DNA from: Methanoregula sp.
GTDB taxonomy: Archaea > Halobacteriota > Methanomicrobia > Methanomicrobiales > Methanospirillaceae
DNA length: 64,000 nucleotides
Reading direction: 5' to 3'
Assembly: GCA_041662685.1 (NCBI GenBank)
Contig: JBAZRZ010000003.1
Location: 1,372 to 65,371 of the forward strand
Part shown: piece by piece, positions 51,250 to 61,451 of the stretch
How the letters are laid out: every line of letters begins with the position of its first letter
Numbering within the stretch: position 1 is the first letter of the stretch
Notes under the pieces: generated by a model
Told to the model about the DNA's origin: nothing
The model's input: only the letters and a program-made list of their open reading frames with translations
Database searches by the model: none
Position numbers and translations under genes: made by a program

Positions 51250-52020
51250 TCAGGACCCGTTCTTTGCCGAGATCCGCTGGTCATAAATGCGGATTGCACG
51301 CAGCAGGTCGATCTTACGGAACATGGGCCAGAACGGGGAACAGAAATAGACCGCCGATTCATGGCCATTTGCCAGCCACGGGAGGAAATTTGAGGTGCGG
51401 CATTCATTTCCGGTTCTTATGATCAAGTCTACCGGTGGTATCCCTTTACCTGCGTGAAGGTGCTGCTCTACCGTGTGGACATCGATGGTATCCGGGTTGA
51501 TCCCCTTCTGGGTTACTTCTGAAAGGATCTCGCGGGCGGCAAGGACGATCTCGTTTCTCCCGCCATAGGCTAGCGCGATGTTAAGATTGAACCCGGTATG
51601 GTCTTTTGTCGCTGTTTCGGCAGCATCGATGGCAGCCAGCAGGTCATCGGGAAGTAAGGAACGATCCCCTACCATCTGGACGCGGATCTTGTATCGCTTC
51701 ACCCGCTCATCGGTGAGTATACTGACAAATTTTTCTTTGAACAGGGCAAAGAGCATCCCAACCTCGTCCTGCTTACGGGAGAAGTTCTCGGTTGAGAAGG
51801 TATAGAGGGTGATATGACTGATGCCGAGTTCATGCGCCCAGTCCAGCATCTCCTCTGTCTTATCCGCCCCTGCCCGGTGACCTCTGGCAGTATCGACACC
51901 CAGCAGTTTTGCATACCGCCGGTTACCATCCTGGATAATTGCGATATGATTGGGCACATGCCGGCACTGCATGCGGAGGAAGCGCTCATACAGGGGATCG
52001 ATCAGGGTGCGAAGGATCAT
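51250..52020 (-). CDS. uppS: undecaprenyl-diphosphate synthase family cis-prenyltransferase (catalytic)
   Basis: HIAIIQDGNRRYA, a RAGADKT-type motif, LYTFSTENF, and IRTG.E.R.SNFLPW. Confidence 0.9.
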   Translation of the reverse strand: MILRTLIDPLYERFLRMQCRHVPNHIAIIQDGNRRYAKLLGVDTARGHRAGADKTEEMLDWAHELGISHITLYTFSTENFSRKQDEVGMLFALFKEKFVSILTDERVKRYKIRVQMVGDRSLLPDDLLAAIDAAETATKDHTGFNLNIALAYGGRNEIVLAAREILSEVTQKGINPDTIDVHTVEQHLHAGKGIPPVDLIIRTGNECRTSNFLPWLANGHESAVYFCSPFWPMFRKIDLLRAIRIYDQRISAKNGS

Positions 52021-53009
52021 AACGGGGTCATCTCGACTATCATGTCATCGTTGGGGTATCGCTCGATGACAAATTTCTCCCCCTTCATTTCATCGGCAAA
52101 TTTGGTGAGCAGCCACCATGCCATCTCGATCCGGTCACCACAGTCCTCGTAGCTGTCCGGTTCGCACGTATCTTTGCAGAGTAAAAGACAGGCACTTTTA
52201 TCGGTTTCTGACGGTTTTATGACGCCGTATACGATCGTTCCGTCCTCGGTGATCTCATCAAAGGGACGGGCGGTGTTCTGTGCGATCCGCTTCAGTCGTT
52301 CGCGCAGTTGCACCGCGTCCTTGAACCCGGATGAGCACCAGTGCACCTTGTCGTGCCGGCAGAGTTCTTCTGCCCAGCCTTTTGCACCATCGATCGCATT
52401 GTGCAGCTCATCTGCGAGTTCGTACCCCCGCTCCCGCATCTGGTACGCGTTTGACTCCCCCCATTCCAGTTCATTGATGTTGAGGAAGTCCAAGTATGGC
52501 AAGGCGGGGATGAGGTGTTCGAGCCCGGGCAGGGCCGGAACTTCGACCCCAATGTCAAAACCCATCTCTTTTGCCCGTTGTGCCGACCGGATAAAATCCG
52601 ATTCGAGGATCTTCTCCCAGCATTCATGCGGGGGATGGAGTCGGATCTCGTCGACCAACCCCTGCATCTCTGCGAGTTCGGCATCGATTGGAACCTTTGC
52701 GGTGTACAGGTGAATCTGGTGTTCCTTTCCGAAATGTGTTTTGAGCTGCCGGCAATAGGCGGTCACCTTGTCAAGGACAAGCAGCGGTTCTCCCCCGGTG
52801 ATGCCGGTGCCCAGCGCACTCATGCTCTCCGCCACTTCGATGATCTTGGCGGGGATATCCACCGGGTGCTCGTTTGCAAATACGGTATCGGTCCCCTTCC
52901 GTTCGGAAGAGAGCGGGCAGTACCAGCAGGAGCGGTGGCACCGTCCCGTAACAAAGAGGACCATCTTTGCGCCCTGGTGACAGAGAATGCAGCCTTGTGA
53001 GAGTGTCAT
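52017..53009 (-). CDS. radical SAM domain protein
   Basis: CHRSCWYCP is a CxxxCxxC cluster motif near the N-terminus. ATGA overlap with uppS downstream. Confidence 0.75.
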   Translation of the reverse strand: MTLSQGCILCHQGAKMVLFVTGRCHRSCWYCPLSSERKGTDTVFANEHPVDIPAKIIEVAESMSALGTGITGGEPLLVLDKVTAYCRQLKTHFGKEHQIHLYTAKVPIDAELAEMQGLVDEIRLHPPHECWEKILESDFIRSAQRAKEMGFDIGVEVPALPGLEHLIPALPYLDFLNINELEWGESNAYQMRERGYELADELHNAIDGAKGWAEELCRHDKVHWCSSGFKDAVQLRERLKRIAQNTARPFDEITEDGTIVYGVIKPSETDKSACLLLCKDTCEPDSYEDCGDRIEMAWWLLTKFADEMKGEKFVIERYPNDDMIVEMTPL

Positions 53010-53151
53010 AATCGTGAAATGGTATTCCTGTGTGTTGCCGGGAATATCTTATAATAACTGGATAAAATTCGTTGTTTTAAGTTAATATATACTTACAATC
53101 GGGGGAAAAGGCAATTTTGTTGTCGTGGATTTGATTGAAATGTCATAAAAT

Positions 53152-53563
53152 CTATTGATATTTTTCCAGAGCCTGTTCAATTTCCGCAATGAACAGGAAA
53201 AAATCCCCGATATTTTCTTCCAGCAGATGGAAGGCAAGAGTATCATCGATATTTCCGTACCGGTGTACAACGATATTCCGGAACCCTCTCATTCCATGTC
53301 TCTTTTCCTGCATTACCGGACTGAGGATCCCCTTGTCGACAAGATGCACGAGGATGTCTTCATCTTCACCGGGAACTCCGAGCGCAAGATCGTTATTAAG
53401 GATCGCACAGATACAAATCCGCTTGTAGATCCCATCTTTTATGAGGCCCAGCATTCAGAATTCTTCCGCCCTTTTGGATAAGTGCTCCTGCACAAGTGAG
53501 ACTCCGCCAACGATCTCTTTTATCGTGATGCGGATAACCGTCTCGCACAGGTTTCTTTTTCAT
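53152..53563 (-). pseudogene. hepT: HepT/DUF86-family toxin, disrupted
   Basis: RGFRNIVVHRY is the Rx4HxY motif. The ATG overlapping the MNT stop (ATGA at 53560-53563) is out of frame with the body, with the shift near an A-rich run. An in-frame TGA lies at 53455-53457. Confidence 0.55.
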
Positions 53564-53844
53564 CGTATTGTTACCTGACCGGTATAATCGTACAACCGGT
53601 GCTTGAAGTCTTCGAAATCCCTGATGGTCTCGGTCGCTTTTTCGTATAAGAATCTGGAGTTGCGGGTGAACATGGGTGTTCCCCTGAGTACCTCGACTCT
53701 CACATACAGGGGAAGCTGCTGGAAAACCTGGATGTCATAGCGCGTGCCCGGAAGTGCGGAAAGGACTTTGTGGCGGAAATGTGCTGCCTCCGTACGGTCC
53801 CCGTCATAATATATACACAGATCAATATCAGATTCCGCAGTCAT
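53560..53844 (-). CDS. mntA: MNT-type nucleotidyltransferase antitoxin, N-terminally short
   Basis: Contains SDIDLCIYY (the DxD of the Pol-beta NTase fold). The ORF lacks the usual N-terminal helices. The GS..RG motif region (GYGNGR) lies upstream of the only Met, and no start codon precedes it. Confidence 0.5.
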   Translation of the reverse strand: MTAESDIDLCIYYDGDRTEAAHFRHKVLSALPGTRYDIQVFQQLPLYVRVEVLRGTPMFTRNSRFLYEKATETIRDFEDFKHRLYDYTGQVTIR

Positions 53845-54619
53845 TCGTCCATTTCCATATCCATCACCATGTTCATTGTTTGTTTTCCTGCGATTCTTTT
53901 CGTGACCGGGAGAGCATCCGCTCTTAAGTCACTTTTTTTCCAGCGCCGGCCCGGGCAAATCCGCAGCTCGTGCAGCGACTCCGTTTCCTTACTCACGATG
54001 CGAGGTGCTTTCTAATCCGTTCAATCGTTTTTTAAGAAATCTGCGACGCGGGACCTGTGGTCAACAACGATGTATACGAGAAGAGGCGGGAACGATGTCC
54101 ACGGCTGCGAGGCCCGCTATGATGATACCCGTGCCGGTGGTCCTGTGGTTCGATGCGATGAGACCGGCGAGCGTATGCAGGAGGGAGCGGGGTATCTCTT
54201 CCCCGATGCACTTCACTCCCCTCCGGCGGCGCATGCTGGTGAGCATAATTCCGCTGACAGACAGCATCGAGTGATAGAAGAACCTGGAGTAGAATACCGC
54301 GACTTGCGGTGCTACCCCCAGCTTTCGGATCTTCCTCGCTGTCCGTGTGCAGAATTCATTGGTCATGGTTATATTTTCCTGTTTTAATATTGAGATTAAA
54401 AAGGCTGGCGATCACTGCGAAAAAATTCGCAGCCATTACCGGTTTTTTGCGAGAAAGGAACTCATACAGCGGTTTTTACGGTGCTGGTTGTCTGACACAA
54501 AATAAGCGCGGCACGATCCGGGCGAAAAAATGGTATTACGCGGGATTTTTTTTGTAAAAACGGGTGGAACCGCGGATGGTGCGGCATCTTTCAGATAACC
54601 GGTTGGTTATGGGGTACGA

Positions 54620-55036
54620 TTACTCTATGCGTATAACCGGGCAGGTCTTACTTACCGCACCTGCAAATCTCTTATCCGCAGTGACAAGCGGAGCATCGCA
54701 ACGGATCGATGCCGCGACAAAAAGTGCGTCGTAGATTGGGATCCTGTGGTTGCATGAGAGATCCCATGCCGGAGTAATCAGGTCCTGTGCCGGAATAACC
54801 TCACAGGTCTCCCGGATAAACGCGATTGCGTTATCCAGGGATGATTTCACGGTACCCGGATCGTTTCCTGCATGCACCGCCCGTTTCAAGGCAGCATTCG
54901 CCACTTCAGTATAGGCCAGGTCAACAGTAATACAGTCATGATCAGCTGCTGCATCAATGGCTTTACCGGTGATCATTTCAGGTAAGAAGATTGCCGCAAT
55001 GACGCAGGAGTCAAGGATGATCTTATCGTGCGTCAC
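54620..55036 (-). CDS. vapC: PIN-domain toxin VapC
   Basis: 138 aa with acidic PIN residues in ILDSCV, TEVANA, IYDALF and TADKRF. Confidence 0.85.
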   Translation of the reverse strand: MTHDKIILDSCVIAAIFLPEMITGKAIDAAADHDCITVDLAYTEVANAALKRAVHAGNDPGTVKSSLDNAIAFIRETCEVIPAQDLITPAWDLSCNHRIPIYDALFVAASIRCDAPLVTADKRFAGAVSKTCPVIRIE

Positions 55037-55250
55037 GGTCCTCCCGAATCACCTGTGCTGCCAGTATGCCGGGTATCAGCGTGTGCTGGTTCTCGCGAGC
55101 CCGGGTGAGAAGATAGTCTTTACGCTTCTTTTTTACTGACTGTTCTATGAGTGTCCGGATCTCTACCTGCCAGTTCTGGTCCGGCATCTCCTCAATCATC
55201 TTCCGGACCCGGGTATCAATCCGGATGCTGTATACAGATGTCGAAGACAT
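55023..55250 (-). CDS. vapB: VapB-type antitoxin
   Basis: 75 aa (SIRIDTRVRKMIEEM...). It lies immediately upstream of vapC and overlaps it by 14 nt. Confidence 0.6.
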   Translation of the reverse strand: MSSTSVYSIRIDTRVRKMIEEMPDQNWQVEIRTLIEQSVKKKRKDYLLTRARENQHTLIPGILAAQVIREDRDAR

Positions 55251-55866
55251 AATAAAATGTATACATTTATCGTATATCAATACTGTGCCAGAGGATGAGA
55301 CCATCTGCAATACAGTACAAATCCAGATTGACCTCATTTTCTCTTTGACAGGATCTGGCGAACGCTCTATTACGTATCATCTTTCCACAGCAGGAAAAAG
55401 CCCATAATTGTCAACAGGAATAATAAAATCCCGCGAAAAACAGCATCAGATTTTTTCATTTTAACGGTGCTCAGCAAGGGGCTTTTTCAGGTCTCCAGAG
55501 ATCCTGCGGGTAGGAGATCAAAGAGTTACGGGAACTCCTGATACCGGAGGGGATTTACCGGGAACTTTGGGTGAAAGTGCCGGACTGCACCTGGTACCGG
55601 GATCTCGTACCGGTGGACCGACCCGAAGTGATCGAAAATATTGAGGACCGGCCGTAAGAGAATATTCCAGCCGGTTCTCCACCAGTGAAGGGACAAGACA
55701 GCGGCGAAATCAGCCGCCAGGTTTTGAATCGTCCCACGGGTTCTTTTACGTTAAAGCCGGTATTCTTTTGGCTAATTTTTTAAGCGCTATCTCCCTATAC
55801 AGTGTAATTGCGATCCTGCCCGGTTGGTCCGGTATACAACAGAGGGCACACATCAGGAAATTTTCC

Positions 55867-56541
55867 ATGGATATCTTCCAGATCCTTATCGTATGGGGCC
55901 CGTACCTGCTCGGGGGGATAGCAATCACTCTCGGCCTTGTAATAAGTGCGCTTGCAATAGGGTTCGTCTTCGGGCTTCCCATTGCACTGGGGCAGGTCTA
56001 CGGTCCCGCACCGGTACTGGCGATCGCGGCAGTCTTTGTCTGGTTCTTCCGCGGCCTTCCCATCCTCGTGCTCCTGTTCCTCTTCTACTTCGGCATCTTC
56101 CCGGTTCTCGGGCTTGACCTGCCGGCATTTTTCGTTGGCGCACTGGTACTGGGCATGCGGGGGGCTGCCTACCAGTCGCAGATCTTCCGGGGCGCAATAC
56201 AATCGATTCCCCAGGGACAGATGACTGCGGCCCTCTCGCTGGGGATGACACCCTGGATAGCGATAAAGAGCATAATCCTCCCCCAGTCCATCCGTCTTTC
56301 CCTGCCAGGCTGGTCCAACGAGTACCCGGAGATCCTTACCGACTCAGCGGTCTGCTATGCGATTGGCGTAGTCGAACTGCTCAACCGCACATCGCAGATC
56401 GTGAGCCAGACCTACGTGACGATGCCGGTCTATATGACGTGTGCGGTAATTTTCATCCTGCTCAACTACGCGGGAATGTGGCTGATCCAGAGAGTAGAGC
56501 AAAAGATCGCAATTCCCGGGTTCGGGATAAAGGCGGTGTAA
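55867..56541 (+). CDS. polar amino-acid ABC transporter permease
   Basis: His/Glu/Gln/Arg-type permease with an EAA-like loop (AALSLGMTPWIAIKSIILPQS). Confidence 0.85.
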   Translation: MDIFQILIVWGPYLLGGIAITLGLVISALAIGFVFGLPIALGQVYGPAPVLAIAAVFVWFFRGLPILVLLFLFYFGIFPVLGLDLPAFFVGALVLGMRGAAYQSQIFRGAIQSIPQGQMTAALSLGMTPWIAIKSIILPQSIRLSLPGWSNEYPEILTDSAVCYAIGVVELLNRTSQIVSQTYVTMPVYMTCAVIFILLNYAGMWLIQRVEQKIAIPGFGIKAV

Positions 56542-56546
56542 CCCTT

Positions 56547-57293
56547 ATGACATCTGAATATATCCTGCGGGTTGAAAATCTCCATAAAAAATTCGGGGAC
56601 CGCGAGGTCCTGCACGGCATCTCGTTCAACGTAAAACAAGGGGATACCAAGGTCTTTATCGGCCCTTCAGGAACCGGCAAGAGCACGCTGTTGCGCTGCA
56701 TCAACCAGCTCACGGTACCTGACCAGGGACATGTCTGGATCGATGAGGATGAGATCACCGGTTGTGGCCAGAGGATCAGCGGGTTCCGGCAGCGGATCGG
56801 CATGGTCTTCCAGAACTTCAACCTATTCGATCATCTGACCGCCGTCCAGAATGTGGAAATTGCACCGATCAAGGTCCGGAAGATGAAACAGGCTGAAGCC
56901 CGGAAGAAGGCGATGGAGGAACTGCGCCGTGTGGGCATGCAGGACTGGGCCGACCATTATCCTGCCGAACTCTCGGGAGGGCAGGCACAGCGGGTCTCGA
57001 TCGCCCGTGCGCTTGCAATGGATCCTGAAGTAATCCTGTTCGATGAACCGACCTCCGCACTCGATCCCGAGCTCACCCGGGAGGTGCTCGAGGTGATGAA
57101 GAATCTGGCCCGTGGGGGCATGACCATGCTGGTCGTCACGCACGAGATGGGTTTCGCCCGATCGGTAGCAACAGAAGTCATCTTCATGGAAGGCGGGGAG
57201 ATCGTGGAACAGGGACCTCCCGGAGAGATTCTTACAAACCCCCGGCACACGCGGACACGGGAATTCATAGGAAAGATCGTGGATCACGAGTAG
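56547..57293 (+). CDS. polar amino-acid ABC transporter ATP-binding protein
   Basis: Walker A GPSGTGKST, signature LSGGQAQR and Walker B ILFDEPTSALD. Confidence 0.9.
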   Translation: MTSEYILRVENLHKKFGDREVLHGISFNVKQGDTKVFIGPSGTGKSTLLRCINQLTVPDQGHVWIDEDEITGCGQRISGFRQRIGMVFQNFNLFDHLTAVQNVEIAPIKVRKMKQAEARKKAMEELRRVGMQDWADHYPAELSGGQAQRVSIARALAMDPEVILFDEPTSALDPELTREVLEVMKNLARGGMTMLVVTHEMGFARSVATEVIFMEGGEIVEQGPPGEILTNPRHTRTREFIGKIVDHE

Positions 57294-57302
57294 GCACAGC
57301 AC

Positions 57303-57968
57303 ATGGACCCGACCACTTTTCTCACCACAATCCTGGCACCTGCACTCTGGCAGGGGCTTATTGTCACGGTTGAGCTCGTGGCACTCACAGCGCCGTTCGG
57401 GCTGTTGCTGGGAATCGGGATCGCACTCGGGCGGCAGTACGGGGGAAAAGGGCTGTCAACAGCCTGTGCCGGGTACATTATATTTTTCAAAGGCTGCCCG
57501 CTGATCCTGCTCCTCTTCATGCTCTATTTCGGGCTGCCTTCCCTCGGTATCACCATGCCGCCATTCACCGCAGCGGTGCTCGGCTTTATCCTCTGCAATG
57601 CTGCGTACAACTCCGAGTATATCCGGGGTGCCATACTCTCGATAAAGGACGGGCAAATCACCGCAGCACAGGCACTGGGGATGACACAGATGCAGACGAT
57701 TGAATCCATTGTTCTACCGCAGGCGCTCCACCGTGCCGTTCCCGGGCTCTCCAACGAGTTCATCTACCTCATCAAGTATTCATCGCTGGCGTACATGATC
57801 ACCGTTATAGAAATATCCGGGGCTGGAAAGATCGTGGCCACGAAATACTTCATGTATAATGAAGCGTTCCTTGCCGTGGGCATTGTCTATCTGGCCCTTG
57901 TCACCATCACGACATACGCAGTGCACCTGCTCGAAAAGAAGACCGCGATACCGGGCATGAGCCAGTAA
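57303..57968 (+). CDS. polar amino-acid ABC transporter permease (second)
   Basis: Paralogue of the 55867 gene, with the EAA loop AAQALGMTQMQTIESIVLPQA. Confidence 0.85.
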   Translation: MDPTTFLTTILAPALWQGLIVTVELVALTAPFGLLLGIGIALGRQYGGKGLSTACAGYIIFFKGCPLILLLFMLYFGLPSLGITMPPFTAAVLGFILCNAAYNSEYIRGAILSIKDGQITAAQALGMTQMQTIESIVLPQALHRAVPGLSNEFIYLIKYSSLAYMITVIEISGAGKIVATKYFMYNEAFLAVGIVYLALVTITTYAVHLLEKKTAIPGMSQ

Positions 57969-58402
57969 AATTAGGGTTATAAAACAGGGAGCGTGTCACC
58001 GGGAACCGCGAATCACGATTACATCAATCATTTTGTGGCTCATCGTCATTTCATGGGGGTAAGATATATTACTAAAAAATTGTTTGTGATGATTCCCCAC
58101 ATCAGGGCATCTCAGAGACACAGAGGAGCAAGGAGGAACATTTTAGTCACTAAAACCGCCGCACAAATAAGCTCCATCGGGGACAGTGGGGTTCCTCGTA
58201 TTTTTGGGGTATGAAGGCATCAATCCCCATCTTTATAATCCGCCCGATACATGCGTTACCCATAAAAAACAGTGATTAGCCTGACATGTTTTTTTTTAAC
58301 AGGGCAAAACCGGTGAGCAATCCACTATTTTCATCCATCTCCTTCAGAGCACCCATTCCATTTCTCCCGGGGCAAAGCCGGCATGAACAGTAAAAAAAGA
58401 AT

Positions 58403-59263
58403 TTAGTTGCTCAACGGCGACTCATTCATGCCGAGGAACGCAAGTGCATTCTCCCCGTACTCTACGGGTGCATAATGGGATCCGACATGCGGGAGTCCCT
58501 TGAACCGTACAAGCCACGAACCGTTGATCTGCCCGGCCATCCGGACAGAAACCGGATCGGGAGTCAGAACATCTGCGGTACCCACCACGAGCATGACGTC
58601 ATTATGAATGCCGGAAAGACCGTCCCAGGACCCGTTCCATGCGAGATTGGCCTGTGCCTCTTTATGGACGCCATCCGTCATGGCAGGACTGACGGCAGCA
58701 GATTCAATAGTATTGAGCAGTTTGTGGGTCTCAGGAATCCTTACGCTATATGCATTAGAATCCAGGACCAGTTTTCGTACGCGTTCTGGGTGATCGATGA
58801 CCAGCTGCTGAGAGATCGAAGACCCCATGGACACCCCATAGACATGCATGCTGTCATAACCGAGAGCAGTCATCAACGCAGCAGCATCATCTGCATACAG
58901 AGGAATCGTAGGTGTCGCATTACTGTTGCTGCTGTATCCCATGCCCCGGTTGTCGTAGGTATAGACATGGTATTTCGACGCAAGAATACCAATGAAGGTC
59001 TGGTTCCAGTCACCAATGGTATTGCCAAACCCCTCGACCATCAGGAGGGGTTCACCGGCACCGAATTCCCGGTATCCCAGCGTAACCCCGTTGACCTGTG
59101 CATACTTGACGGGTGTTTCGTTATACGATACAACCGGATAGTGCGAAATTACCTGACAGGTAGCTGCGGGCTGGGCATTGCCGGAGGTACCCATACACCC
59201 CGCCGTGGCAATGAGGCAGATGGTGATGGCGATTGCCAGGGTTAACTGCTGTTTATTATTCAT
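58403..59263 (-). CDS. secreted/lipoprotein alpha/beta-fold hydrolase
   Basis: Signal peptide with ATAGC lipobox, nucleophile elbow GVSMGS, and C-terminal His. Confidence 0.8.
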   Translation of the reverse strand: MNNKQQLTLAIAITICLIATAGCMGTSGNAQPAATCQVISHYPVVSYNETPVKYAQVNGVTLGYREFGAGEPLLMVEGFGNTIGDWNQTFIGILASKYHVYTYDNRGMGYSSNSNATPTIPLYADDAAALMTALGYDSMHVYGVSMGSSISQQLVIDHPERVRKLVLDSNAYSVRIPETHKLLNTIESAAVSPAMTDGVHKEAQANLAWNGSWDGLSGIHNDVMLVVGTADVLTPDPVSVRMAGQINGSWLVRFKGLPHVGSHYAPVEYGENALAFLGMNESPLSN

Positions 59264-59533
59264 GGAAGATCCTCGTAACCGATTAATCATTCTTAAAAAC
59301 CGGGTTGTCATTTTATTGGGCTGACTCTAAAAATAATTTTCTGCATTTTTTTGAAGTGGCCGGGGACGGACCGTGCCTAATTATTTCAGAGGCATGCAGA
59401 TACAGGCACATCCTGTGCCGGGATCTCTTACGGAAAAATGTTACAGAAATACTGTGGTAACGAGCCCTGATGTATCCGAAGTGTCACGAGCATTTTTGTT
59501 GAATTGGTGCAGGGAAATAAGACCACAACATTG

Positions 59534-59555
59534 AAAAAAAAATATTGAAAAAAAA
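59534..59555 (-). terminator. double oligo-T terminator (T8 + T9 on minus strand)
   Basis: A direct repeat TTGAAAAAAAA(A) x2 on the plus strand lies 15-36 nt beyond the stop of the substrate-binding-protein gene. Confidence 0.5.
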
Positions 59556-59569
59556 TGGATTTTTCCCCA

Positions 59570-60367
59570 TCATTTCATCTTGTACTTGACGATGAGTTCC
59601 TGCCAGTAGGGATCGTTTTTCAGCTGGGCCAGACCATCGTTGAGTGTGGCAAGGAGTTCCGGATCGGACTTGCGAACGGCAATACCGAATTCCTCTTTGG
59701 TCTCTACATTGCCCACGACCTGCAGGTTTTTGCCCTGTATGATCTCTTGCAACACGTGATCATCGAACATCACCGCATCAGTGCGCCCGGCTTCAAGATC
59801 ATTGACCGCAAGGGGAGTATTGTCATAGAGTTTCAGGTTTTCTTTTGGCATTTTGCCGGTTTCAATTAAGTTCGTTTCGATCCACGTTGCGGCAGTGCAC
59901 CCGCTCTGGGTTCCGATAATGGCCCTTCCGGAAAGCACAGCATTGAGAGTTATGGCCGTACCGTTTCTGGTGACAACATCCTGGTTCACTATCCAATAGG
60001 GTGTTGAAAAGTTTACCTGCTCTGCACGTTCCGGCGTAATAGTCATACCAGCATAGATGAGATCAATCTTATTTGCCTGGAGTGCGGGGATGATCCCGTC
60101 CCAGGCAGTAGGCTGGAACGTAACTTTCATACCTTTTTTCTGGGCGATCCAGCGCATGGCATCCACATCGAACCCTGTTGCCGTGCCGCTGGAATCAACA
60201 AAACTGAACGGCTGATTCTGACCATCACTTCCCACGAGATAGGTCTTTTGCTGGGCTCCGGTAGCGGACTGGGGCGTCGTAGATGAAGTGCTGGTACAGC
60301 CGGCACCTGCCAGCAGGAGAACGAGCACAACGATGACTGCAATAAGAGAGTAAGTATTCCTGGTCAT
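59570..60367 (-). CDS. amino-acid ABC transporter substrate-binding protein
   Basis: Signal anchor plus GAGC lipobox. Family-3 SBP motifs: GFDVD, DGIIPALQANKIDLIYAGMTIT and R..V.FS.PY. Confidence 0.85.
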   Translation of the reverse strand: MTRNTYSLIAVIVVLVLLLAGAGCTSTSSTTPQSATGAQQKTYLVGSDGQNQPFSFVDSSGTATGFDVDAMRWIAQKKGMKVTFQPTAWDGIIPALQANKIDLIYAGMTITPERAEQVNFSTPYWIVNQDVVTRNGTAITLNAVLSGRAIIGTQSGCTAATWIETNLIETGKMPKENLKLYDNTPLAVNDLEAGRTDAVMFDDHVLQEIIQGKNLQVVGNVETKEEFGIAVRKSDPELLATLNDGLAQLKNDPYWQELIVKYKMK

Positions 60368-60726
60368 AACATCAGGTTGCCAGTCAAAGCCAAAAGAGCT
60401 TGTGGAATTCTTCCGGTTTTGATTGGATATCTCTGAAACGGTTCGTCAATAATCCGGTGCTGCAGGACCGGTTGTTGGGCACAACCGTAATCCTCCTGCA
60501 CATTCATAAAAAAAATTATTGCGCAAGCAGGGGAAACAGAAGCGAACAACCAGACCCTACTCATAGGATAAGGAAAAAAGGGCATCATAGGACGAACATG
60601 CGTTTCAGGAGATATCAGGTTTTATTGGGATTTCAAGGGATGAGGGGTTTGGAGTATCGCACTTTTTATAAATCCCTGCAGCCCATATTATAGCACAGTT
60701 ATTCAAATGACTGTTTGAGAACTATC

Positions 60727-60915
60727 ATGTTTGGAGATAATAAATTCGGCGGCCAGAGAAATTTTGTCGGCGCAAGAGATCAAGGCCCACGAGAAATGAC
60801 GAAGACAACCTGTTCAGACTGTGGGGCTGAATGCGAAGTACCTTTTAAGCCAACCGAGGGCAGGCCGGTATACTGCAGGGACTGCCTCCCGAAACACCGG
60901 AAACCCCGGTTCTGA
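60727..60915 (+). CDS. CxxC-x17-CxxC zinc-ribbon small protein
   Basis: CSDCGAECEVPFKPTEGRPVYCRDCLPKHR. This motif is known as a repeated/standalone domain in methanogens. Confidence 0.6.
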   Translation: MFGDNKFGGQRNFVGARDQGPREMTKTTCSDCGAECEVPFKPTEGRPVYCRDCLPKHRKPRF

Positions 60916-61048
60916 TTCTACAATTTTTTTTCATTTTCTGCGATCGTTTTGCTGTAATTTTTTACCCGGTACGGTTTCGTATGGGGTTATTCGCAGGTGC
61001 CAAGGAATCCATCCATATCACACGCCGATCCTGTGCATATCAGAAAAA

Positions 61049-61330
61049 TTACCGTAACAGGTAAATGATTGCCACAATGTGGATGATCAGAAATACCGGT
61101 ACCAGGTAAAATTTTAGTTGCCGGGTCTTGTGCCGGAAAATGAGCATCGCCCCGTATGCACCAAAGGGACCGAAAGCAGCCACCACCACCAGCAGGTTCT
61201 TCGGGGTCCGCCATGCATTGTTTTTTGCTTTCCGTTTATCATTTGCAAAAACGAGAAACGCAATGATATTGAATACTGCGTAGAAGGCCAGAAAAATATC
61301 AGGTAAGGAAAGAGCAGTCACCCTTGTCAT
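61049..61330 (-). CDS. DUF1294-family membrane protein
   Basis: Contains FANDKRKAKNNAWRTPKNLL and FRHKTRQLKF, which are typical DUF1294 motifs. Confidence 0.7.
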   Translation of the reverse strand: MTRVTALSLPDIFLAFYAVFNIIAFLVFANDKRKAKNNAWRTPKNLLVVVAAFGPFGAYGAMLIFRHKTRQLKFYLVPVFLIIHIVAIIYLLR

Positions 61331-61451
61331 TTCGTGAAAAGAGGTTATCGTTTTTTCGTTATGAACTCTGTACTTCCCCAACAGGATCCTGTTGATACTT
61401 AATCCCGCAATGACCGTACGTTAACTTTTGCGGGATCATGGGTTGCAATCA

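Noticed and set aside
54061-54387. Overlapping 101-aa (minus) and 105-aa (plus) ORFs between the MNT and VapC genes
   Set aside because: The two ORFs mutually overlap on opposite strands, are Arg-rich and have no motif. They are probably non-coding or degraded sequence, so I did not call them as genes.
58475-59245. 256-aa plus-strand ORF
   Set aside because: It is antisense to the alpha/beta hydrolase gene, which has a signal peptide and a GxSxG elbow.
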